Shown here piece by piece: positions 23,247 through 32,232 of a stretch of 64,000 nt of DNA. The position numbers and the translations under genes are program-made. Every line of letters begins with the position of its first letter. Within the stretch, counting starts at the first letter, position 1. The notes under the pieces are model-generated. The model was not told where the DNA came from, did no database searches, and saw only the letters and a program-made list of their open reading frames with translations. Source of the stretch: Macrostomum lignano (taxonomy: Eukaryota); contig NIVC01003306.1 in NCBI GenBank assembly GCA_002269645.1, positions 40,868 to 104,867 of the forward strand. The letters are read 5' to 3'.

Positions 23247-25374
23247 CACGCACCTAACGAACGCACCTGTTGAATCCTGGTTTCGTTGGGTAAAAGCTAG
23301 AGTGCGTCGTAAAAGTGGCACGCGTTTGTTGATTGGAAACTTTCTACGGGCACAACTCGAATGTGTACTAGAGCGCATTAGTCGAGTCAAAAAGAATCAG
23401 CAGACTGTTCTTCCACCTCGGCGACCAAGACGTCGCAAGGTAAATGAAGAGGCACCTCACGTTCCCAAAGGGGACCCTTGGGCCTCCAGAGTTTCAAAAC
23501 CCTCTTACTTAGGCGGGAAAATTGCCTCAAAGCTACCGTTTAAGTGCAGCCAACTGCGTCCTGCAAGAAAATCAGAGCACCGATTTGCTCCGAAATCTGA
23601 AACTCCAACGTGTGCACTAAGTCCGCCTGCCACTCTTTCCAAGAATACTTTTATTACTGTTAAGGCAGATAACTGCGGCGAAGAGATCAAATCCGTCTAC
23701 AGAGGTTGCGTTTTCATACGCCGAGACTGCGCCAAAACTGAGATTGGCCGAGAGTGCGCAGCCACAACTGAGATTGGCCAAGAGTGCGCAGCCACAACTG
23801 AGATTGGCCGAGAGTGCGCAGCCACAACTGAGATTGGCCGAGAGTGCGCAGCCACAACTGAGATTGGCCGAGAGTGCGCAGCCACAACTGAGATTGGCCG
23901 AGAGTGCGCAGCCACAACTGAGATTGGCAAAGAGTGCGCAGCCATAACTGAGATTGGCCAAGAGTGCACAGCCACAACTGAGATTGGCCAAGAGTGCGCA
24001 GCCATAACTGAGATTGGCCAAGAGTGCGCAGCCACAACTGAGATTGGCCAAGAGTGCACAGCCACAACTGAGATTGGCCAAGAGTGCGCAGCCATAACTG
24101 AGATTGGCCAAGAGTGCGCAGCCACAACTGAGATTGGCCAAGAGTGCGCAGCCATAACTGAGATTGGCCAAGAGTGCGCAGCCACAACTGAGATTGGCCA
24201 AGAGTGCACAGCCACAACTGAGATTGGCCGAGAGTGCGCAGCCACAACTGAGATTGGCCGAGAGTGCGCAGCCACAACTGAGAATGGCCGAGAGTGCGCA
24301 GCCACAACTGAGAATGGCCGAGAGTGCCCAATCAAACTGAAGCTGGCCGAGGGTGCGCAGTCGAAACGGATGATGGCCGAGAGTTCGAAGCCAAAACGAA
24401 TGATCGCTGAGAGTCCGCAGTCAAAGCGGAGGATGGCTGAGAGTGCGCAGCCGAAGCGGAGGATGGCTGAGAGTCCGCAGCCGAAGCGGAGGATGGCTGA
24501 GAGTGCGCAGCCGAAGCGGAGGATGGCTGAGAGTCCGCAGCCGAAGCGGAGGATGGCTGAGAGTGCGCAGCCGAAGCGGAGGATGGCTGAGAGTCCGCAG
24601 CCGAAGCGGAGGATGGCTGAGAGTGCGCAGCCGAAGCGGAGGATGGCTGAGAGTCCGCAGCCGAAGCGGAGGATGGCTGAGAGTGCGCAGCCGAAGCGGA
24701 GGATGGCTGAGAGTCCGCAGCCGAAGCGGAGGATGGCTGAGAGTGCGCAGCCGAAGCGGAGGATGGCTGAGAGTCCGCAGCCGAAGCGGAGGATGGCTGA
24801 GAGTGCGCAGTCGAAGCGGAGGATGGCTGAGAGTGCACAGCCGAAGCGGAGGATGGCTGAGAGTGCGCAGTCGAAGCGGAGGATGGCTGAGAGTGCGCAG
24901 TCGAAGCGGAGGATGGCTGAGAGTGCACAGCCGAAGCGGAGGATGGCTGAGAGCGCGCAATTCAATCCAAGGACGACAGAGAGCACGCAGCTAAAAACGA
25001 GAGTGGGCAAGAGGGCGCAACCTAAACGTAGGATGGCCAACAGTGCACAGGTCAATCGCAGACAGACTTCTGTCGAGTTAAAGAGCACTAAAAACCCTTT
25101 AGTTTCGACGAGCATCAATCAACTTTTTCATTTTATGGACAAAAAAGAAAATTCTAAGTGTCCCGCTACGTCAAGAAAATTCATCACCAGTGACTCAAAA
25201 CGCCTCAAAATTCTTCCTACTGCCAGTGCAAAATCCAAAAAAAACAGAAATGAAAATTTTACTAAGGAAGAGCTCGTGCCTTGTTTCTCAACCCAAGAAA
25301 AGTATGGAAAATTCTGTATCAGGCGCTTCGATCGCGATTCTCTTCTTAGCGAGCGCAGTTGGATCAGTGTCACG
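23218..25374 (+). CDS. Transposase C-terminus (catalytic E) + two 10-aa repeat tracts + start of Ulp1 domain
   Basis: TNAPVESWFRWVK; about 20 x ECAATTEIG(R/Q); about 20 x AESAQPKRRM; ends LLSERSWISVT at the GTAAGT donor at 25375. Confidence 0.75.
23720..25055 (+). repeat. Two adjacent 30-bp coding minisatellites
   Basis: GAGTGCGCAGCCACAACTGAGATTGGCCGA (~23720-24330) and GAGTGCGCAGCCGAAGCGGAGGATGGCTGA (~24340-25055). Confidence 0.95.
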
Positions 25375-25465
25375 GTAAGTTGGTGTTGGTCTTGTGTCCT
25401 TTAAAGTCTTTTAATTACAGCTCAATTCTTAAATCCTTTTGATATGCTCAATTGACAATCAGTTC

Positions 25466-27115
25466 TGTGAATTATTTCAAAGAAAGTAAGCTTTATTTTG
25501 TAGACCGTGTTTACTGCAGAAGTAAGATTGAGGCTCCGGAAGAGCCAGTCGCTTCTATATATTTAGCGAGCACCGTACGCAAGCAACAAAGACCCTCGAG
25601 GGTCTCTCATACATGTACGCAAACCAAAAGGGGAAAAGGAAAGGAAGGAAGGAACAGCAAGCAAGCAATGGGTGACGCATCGCGATAATGAACATTCCTA
25701 CCCCACTTCCCCCAACCCCCTCTCACACCACACTACACTGTACGTCATCACACCCCTTCCCACTAAGATCTTGATCACGGAAGGTGTCATCAAAAAAAGC
25801 AAAACAAGCGATCATCAGTTGCAATCAGTCAATTGTAGGTCAGCCTCTCCGGCTTGAATCGCAGCCTGGCCGATCTCCGCGGCACCGTCCACTCCTCGGT
25901 AGCTGCTTCAGGACCAGCATCAGCAACGCCCGTCTCTGCTGCCGGGGTCTCAGGCAACTCTGCTGTTGCGAGAGGTCGATAGTTGCCTCCTTCGGGCAGC
26001 GGCAGGATGGCGGCAGACTCGCAGGCTGCGGAGACATCAAGGGGGGCCGCCGGCACAATGGACGCCGCAGGCTTGCGTACCTTCTGTTGGTCATTGGTCC
26101 ACACCCATTCGGATTCTTTCTTCATGATTCTTTCTCTCAAGGACTTGTCAGTACCGAAAAATTCACTATGAATCTTGACAAGTAATTTGCACTACCAATA
26201 AACCGTTGGAGCTGCGCTTGCTTTTCAGCACGCTGTTCGAAACGGGAGCACGAGAAATGCCCGCAGACAGATTGCCCGCCGAGATTTGCCCGCGGGGGAT
26301 TTGCCCGTGGAGATTTGCCCGCCGAGCTTTTCCCGCGGGGATTTGCCCGCAGTGCATTTTGCCCGCGAGCGAGTTGCCCGCCGAGTTTTTTCCCGCCGAG
26401 GTTTGCCCGCAATGCTTTTTTCCTGCAGCGCATTTAGCGACGCGGCAGATTTTGTCTGCATTGCCTTCCCAATGCTTAGTACGTGTTAATCTTAATAAAG
26501 AGATTTACACGATCAAAACGTTTTGATAGTAACTGCATATTAAATGCATATTTTTTTGGGGGGGGCAATACAGACAGAATCTAGCTGCCAAATGCGCTGC
26601 AGGAAAAAAGCATTGCGGGCAAACCTCGGCGGGAAAAAACTCGGCGGGCAACTCGCTCGCGGGCAAATTAAGGGCAACTCGCTCGCTCGCTGGTGGGCAC
26701 TGCGGGCAAATCTCGGCGGGCAATTTTCGGCGGGCAAATCTCCACGGGCAATTCGCTCACGGGCAAAATGCACTGCGGGCAAATCTCCGCGGGAAAAGCT
26801 CGGCGGGCAAATCTCCACGGGCAAATCTCCTGCGGGCAAATCTCGGCGGGCGGTTGGTCTGCGGGCGGTTCTCATGGACCCGTTCGAAACTGTTTGGGTG
26901 CGGCATTTCTTTGATGCTGTTTACTTTTTGTGGATCTACTTTCACACCTTTGTCAGTTAGTATGTGTCCAAGAAATCGAAGCTCAGTTTTGCCAATGCTC
27001 GTCTTTTGCCTGTTCAGAGTCAGGTTCTTTTTTCTGCATTGCTCCAAAAGATTTCGGACTGCTTGGTCGTGCTCTTCCCGAGTCTTTCCCCATACTATGA
27101 TGTCATCAATATGTA
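25466..27115 (-). mobile_element. Truncated, internally deleted Gypsy remnant within intron 1 of the transposase gene
   Basis: RT fragments IDDIIVWG...FLGHIL...VDPQKV and LQRFIGSANYLSRFI...WVWT are fused to an integrase-type tail RRSARLRFKPERL*. A polypurine tract lies at ~25695-25715, followed by a probable ~230-bp LTR (TGTT...TATA-like...AATAAA...CA) at 25694-25466. The LTR boundary is inferred. Confidence 0.75.
26244..26881. mobile_element. Mutator-like foldback MITE, 638 bp, 9-bp TSD
   Basis: TSD GTTCGAAAC at 26235-26243 and 26882-26890. GGG...CCC termini share GCCCGCAGAC. The arms are inverted GCCCGC-rich repeats. Removing the element restores the RT frame PNSFEQRAEK. Confidence 0.85.
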
Positions 27116-27810
27116 GTTAGCAGATTTTTCTACCTGACTTGTCACTTCTGCAAAGAGATTCTATAGTCGATGCATTTCATACACTATGGACATCGTCAGG
27201 TCTCAATTATTTATTAATTGAAAACAGAAGAAAAGAACTTGTTAAAAAACAGTTGACAAGGAAAAGAAAATTATTACAGTTGACGAAGGAGTCAAAGTTT
27301 AGTACTCGTATACAAAACTGGGTGCACAAGTTAGGGTGGAAAGGCATGGTGCGCATCAGATCAATCCAGTCCGGTTTTTGCGTACAATGCCTTTCCACTG
27401 AGTCTTATTGCAGTTTTCTATTTAACTTGATTGATAATGGTTCGAAACGCGTTGCATAAAGACTCATCGAATGCTGATCCTTGTGTTTCTTTTCTATATG
27501 TTCTCTTCTGAAACAGTACGCTACCATGTAATCCATGCATCCTTCCCACAGATTATTAATGCACTTCTTGCTGCCGTGGCTTCTCAGCATGACGGTGCGG
27601 CTTTTCTACTGCACTATGAAGTCGACATACTCTTTCGTGGAGTGGAAGATCAATTCACAGCTGAATTGATCGATAAGCTGCACAATGTTAGCATTATGAT
27701 TGATGTGCAGACATTACCGTAGTTTATCGATTATGGCATCGTGTCTTATTGACTAAATATTGAAACTATTGACTTTCCCATGTTTTAGGCAAAGAAAGCG
27801 ATAATTGGTA

Positions 27811-28933
27811 TGAAGTACAGGTGTCTTGCCTGTGGTTGTCTAGAGGCCTTCAATAGGAACGCTGCCCCGGTGAAGTACAGTTGCTTGAGCTCCTCTGGGA
27901 AGTCTCCGGGTTGATCTAGCGTTGGTAGTGCTGCCACCAGCTTCGCAGAGTCGCAGCCTTCGGTGAGGTGCTGAGCTCGTAGAAGCAAATAACTAAGACG
28001 AGAGAAAGAGACTCGCACTTCGTGCAGATTTAGCAGTTCTCGCGCAGAGGTGCCCACCGTCAGCAGTCCCTGCCGGGCTGGTGCGGGGTGAGAGCGAAAG
28101 TGCTAGCTTCGGGCGATCCGAGCTGGCCTGCTAATTGATAGCAGGAACAATCAGAGGCAGTCACGCGCAAAGTCGGGAGTTTGGAGTTCACTTTAAGCGT
28201 CAACTTGGCACACAACTTAGAGTTCGCTAGAAACGAAACGGAAGGAACGCTAGGAAAGCTTGGAAAGCTAGGAACGCGAGGAACGGTAGGAACGCTGAAA
28301 ACGCAGAAACGAGAGGCTGAAACGGAAGGGCCGGTTAACGGAAGGAAAGAAAGGCTTGTCTGAGCCAAGCCAGGAGAAGGGCTGCATTTATAGGGAGGAT
28401 CGATTGCACCATAGCACGAAAGGCCCCCGCTGAGAGTCATAAGTGACTCTGTTGCTATTTTTAGCAACAAACAAGCGGGCCCTGCCTCAGAGGAGGCAAG
28501 GGGGGGTCCGGGCGCACGTGATCTCCCCATAAACACGAGCCCAGCGTACAATGATGAAATCATTGCACTTTGGACTAAAGAAGGAAGAGGGCCTTGTCAT
28601 GTGACTGACTCACATGACAAGGGGAAAAGGCCCACAAGTGAAGGCACTCGTGACCGTGGGACCGGAAAACAGGAAGGCACTCCAAATTTGGAGATGCCTG
28701 ACAGAGAACGAAACAGAGGCAGGCCAGACCAAGCTGTCTGGGCACTGCAAAAAGGGAAAGCGAGACAAAAGGGGCAAACGAGGACAAACAGACAGACAGA
28801 CAAACGGGCAGAGGACAGGCCAGGGACAGGCGGGAGGGACAGGCAACTGCCCAGCGGCAGACAGAAACCTGGGGAGAAGGCGAGGGCAACAGCTGACTAG
28901 TGCGGCGCCTAACTAAACTAGCGACTCACTACA
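27811..28933 (-). repeat. 3' LTR
   Basis: Direct repeat of 36037-37158, preceded on the minus strand by PPT GGGGAGAG (28934-28941). Confidence 0.95.
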
Positions 28934-29604
28934 CTCTCCCCGTTCAAATAAAGAGGCGGAGTGAAGCGGCGCGCGCTTTATTTAAAACAAAGTAAACGTG
29001 AATTTACTGACAAAAGAAAACACACAAAATTTCAAATGCGCTCGTGAAATTGCGCGACTGGCCAGGTCGTAAAGATAGTGGCCTGATACCGCGGGGGCGC
29101 CAACCCGCTAATAGCCTGCGCCTAACTATTCCTCGTGCTCCAGCCCGCAAAATTAGTGCTCGAATTTGGTGTGGGGGCGCCGGCCCACCCTAGAAATGGC
29201 GCCTAAATATTGCGCGGGCGATACCTGAATACACAAGCCAACCGGCTTAAAATTCCTGCATAAGGGCGCTTAACTAGCGCGGCAAACGGGGCAACTTCAT
29301 TGTCAACAGGGCGTACATCAGCGTACGGCCGCCAATCAGTCAAAATAGCACAGACGCGGAGTCATCAAGAGCATCGGCAGGTCTTCTTCCCCGCCGCCCA
29401 TGAATCGGGCAACGCGGACGGCCGCCAGGTGGAGAGCGTACGGCCGGTTCGGCCGCTCCAGGTCGGGGCCGGCCAGGCCGACCGCCTCCGCGAATAACCG
29501 GCTCCTCTCCTCGGCCGTGGTTTGACGGAGCTCCGCCCAGATCGGGCCACCGAGGTCAACGATTTCTCCGCCTTGCCGAGCCGCTCTGACGAGTACAGCG
29601 CTTA

Positions 29605-32232
29605 TCAGGTTGGCGCCGGCAGCGATGACGGTAGCTCGGTATTCCGGTATTGGCGACTCCGTTTGAGTGCCGGTATCGAGCGTTTCCGCCGGACGTTCGG
29701 GCGATGGTGGCGGGGCCCTGGGCAGGGTGCGGCGCAGCGACGCGGCCAGGTCGGTCCAAACAGCTGAGGAGCATGCGGCCGCTCCCTGAGTGTCATCGGT
29801 CCAAGACATCGGAGACGGGGCCGCGTCGGGATGCCTGGCGTCGTCGAGATCCCCTCCGCGTTCATCTGTTCCGCCGGGCCTGCCGTGGTGCTCCGACCCG
29901 ACTCGCTCACGGGCCGCCGGCCGAGCCCCGTCGATGTCTGGTTCGCTGGTGTCGTGGCCGGTCCACCTCCTGGCTGCACATCCGGGATCGCCAACGGCCG
30001 GAAGCGCCACCGGAAGGCCGGCCATGCGTCATCGTCATCGTCATCATCATCGGGATCTTCCTCCGGGATCGGTGTCAGGGTCGCGGGTCCTGCACCGTCC
30101 GGGGCATCTGTCGACCTGCGGCGTTTCTTGGCCTGGTCGACTTCTGGATCCGAAGTCAGCTGGTAGTCGGCATCAGGGACGAGTAGCAGATTCCGGCGAT
30201 GGACTACTAGCTCGTCGCGCCTGGCCCGCGGGTTTGGCACTCTACGGCGAATCTTGTAGACGACCTCGCCCTTGGGTTCGACTACCTCGTACAGCGCTTT
30301 GCGAGGTCGATGGAACTTCGCCGCTTCATCCGGTTCGAGCACCGGGTTGTTGAGGAAAACCAGGTCACCAGGTTGGAGCTTCTTGGCGGCGGGCAGGTTC
30401 GAATAGTGCTCGTCGCGCAGTTGCTGATGCAGATGCAGGCGTTCTTTAGCTAGCTCAGTTGCTTCGTCTAATCGGCGCTGGAAGTCCTTGACATAGTCAG
30501 GCAGATCGGCATACTCCGGCAGCTTCTTGATCGCGTTGTCGATTGGAAGTCGGAAGTCTCGACCAAACACCAGGTAGTGAGGCGTGAAACCTGTCACCGG
30601 GTGTACACTAGAGCGGAGCGCCATCAAGCAGGCTGGGAGGAAGGTGTCCCAGTCGTTATGGTTGCGCTCGAGGAGGCAGGTGAGGACACTCTTCAGCTGC
30701 TTGTTGAGGTTCTCGACTTGCCCATTAGAAGCTGGGTTGTACGGTGTTGTCGTCGTATGCCGGATGCCAAACAGGTCACAGAACTTCTTGAACGCTGAGC
30801 CAGTGAAATTGGTTCCTTGATCAGTGTGTATCCAGCATGGTACACCAAAGTCAGGGATCAAGCGCTCCTGCAGAATCTTGATGACCGTCTTGGCTTTCTG
30901 GTTCCTCATCGGATAGGCGAACGGGTACTTCGACGTCGCGTCGCATAGCGTCAAGATGTAGCGGTTCCCGCTCTTGCTCTTCTGGGCAATTGGGCCTACT
31001 ACGTCGCAGTGTACTCTTCCCAGAACTTCGCACACAGGGAAGCTCTGTACAGGTACTCGGTCTCGTCTTCGGGATTTACTTTCAAGACAGGCGCGGCACT
31101 TACTGATAAAGTTCTCGGTGACACGGGCTAATCCGGGCCTCCAGAATCGTTCACGTAGCCGCTTCAACGTCTTCGTCTGGCCGAGGTGTCCACACAGTGG
31201 CGAACTGTGGAGCTCCTGGAGCACCTGGGCATCAAGAGACTCAGGCAGGACAACCTTCGGGGACTGCTGGCCGTCGGTCAGGTCGATCATCAGCAGGCCG
31301 TTGTCCTCTAGCAGATTATCATAATATCCGAGCAGGTTCCGCTGCTCCTTCGTCAGTCGCAACCGGGTGTCGAACTCAGGCTTCAGGGCTTTGTTCTCGA
31401 CCAAGTTGAGCACATAGCCAATTGCTCGGTCGGCGCGCTGCGCGTCGACAAACTGTTGCCGCGTCATCGGCAACCTCATAAAATCGGTGAGCACGGCGCG
31501 GCATGGCTGAGGGTTCATGACTCCCGCAGTCTCCGCTTCTGTGGCTCGCAGTTGATCACACGACTCCGTCTTGTCGGCGTCAGGATTAGGTCGCTCCGAG
31601 GGACTTTGTTTCACAACGTCGGCGTACGATCGCTGATCTCGTTTCGAAGTTCTCATCGTCGCTCTCTTGACAGGAATTTCCGCAGCTGGAGCAGTGCACT
31701 TGCCTCCACTGCACAGCCCAGGCGACTCTTGGCTGTAGGGCGAGACGCAACACGTGAAGCACGCCTCGTCACAAGCAGCCGTAGCCGTCGGCTCGATCAT
31801 CGTCGTCATTGGGTGAGTCTTCTCCAGCACTGGGCGGTGTCGCAAAGGGGGACTCGACTGTCCGCACAGGCGATGAGCAGCTGTCTGTCGGCTCGGGGGA
31901 CAGAGCGTTGACCTTGCAGCCGTCGCGAGAGTATGGCCTCTGTCAACACGGCGAGAACTCTCAGCGCAAAACTCCGGGGAGTTGAACTTACATTGCTGGT
32001 CTGGATTCGCGTTGTGGGCTGTCATCAGAAGGGCTGCTTGTTCAGTGGCCTCTGAGTCGTGGTCCATGGGCGTCTCCAGATTCCGAGACCCGCAGTCTTG
32101 GACATCATCAAGGAGGTCTACGTCAGCAGTGGCCTCCGAGGTTTTGTCCGGGCGAATCTCCAAGTAACGGCAGTCGGCGTGGGCGTCGCTGCGGAGGGCT
32201 GAGGTGTCAGTGGCCTCCGGGTTGGTGTCCAA
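29605..32232 (-). CDS. Gypsy integrase with long N-terminal linker (pol, second frame)
   Basis: HSSPLCGHLG...CRAC HHCC finger; HCDVVGP, TDQGTNF and VENLNK (D-D-E); GPY/F-like C-terminal module. Out of frame with RT/RH; the frames overlap at about 32415-32207. Confidence 0.9.
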   Translation of the reverse strand: MDTNPEATDTSALRSDAHADCRYLEIRPDKTSEATADVDLLDDVQDCGSRNLETPMDHDSEATEQAALLMTAHNANPDQQCKFNSPEFCAESSRRVDRGHTLATAARSTLCPPSRQTAAHRLCGQSSPPLRHRPVLEKTHPMTTMIEPTATAACDEACFTCCVSPYSQESPGLCSGGKCTAPAAEIPVKRATMRTSKRDQRSYADVVKQSPSERPNPDADKTESCDQLRATEAETAGVMNPQPCRAVLTDFMRLPMTRQQFVDAQRADRAIGYVLNLVENKALKPEFDTRLRLTKEQRNLLGYYDNLLEDNGLLMIDLTDGQQSPKVVLPESLDAQVLQELHSSPLCGHLGQTKTLKRLRERFWRPGLARVTENFISKCRACLESKSRRRDRVPVQSFPVCEVLGRVHCDVVGPIAQKSKSGNRYILTLCDATSKYPFAYPMRNQKAKTVIKILQERLIPDFGVPCWIHTDQGTNFTGSAFKKFCDLFGIRHTTTTPYNPASNGQVENLNKQLKSVLTCLLERNHNDWDTFLPACLMALRSSVHPVTGFTPHYLVFGRDFRLPIDNAIKKLPEYADLPDYVKDFQRRLDEATELAKERLHLHQQLRDEHYSNLPAAKKLQPGDLVFLNNPVLEPDEAAKFHRPRKALYEVVEPKGEVVYKIRRRVPNPRARRDELVVHRRNLLLVPDADYQLTSDPEVDQAKKRRRSTDAPDGAGPATLTPIPEEDPDDDDDDDDAWPAFRWRFRPLAIPDVQPGGGPATTPANQTSTGLGRRPVSESGRSTTAGPAEQMNAEGISTTPGIPTRPRLRCLGPMTLRERPHAPQLFGPTWPRRCAAPCPGPRHHRPNVRRKRSIPALKRSRQYRNTELPSSLPAPT

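Noticed and set aside
23617-25118. Antisense and alternative-frame repeat ORFs (LSAILRFGC, RSRSGGWLRV and others)
   Set aside because: Artefacts of the 30-bp arrays.
25420-25465. Nearby AG acceptor at 25420 as the next transposase exon
   Set aside because: Gives an immediate in-frame TAA. The acceptor at 27551 yields the expected Ulp1 continuation IINALL.
27785-28916. ORFs duplicated at 35909-37141
   Set aside because: They lie inside the two LTRs. The duplication reflects LTR identity, not paralogous genes.
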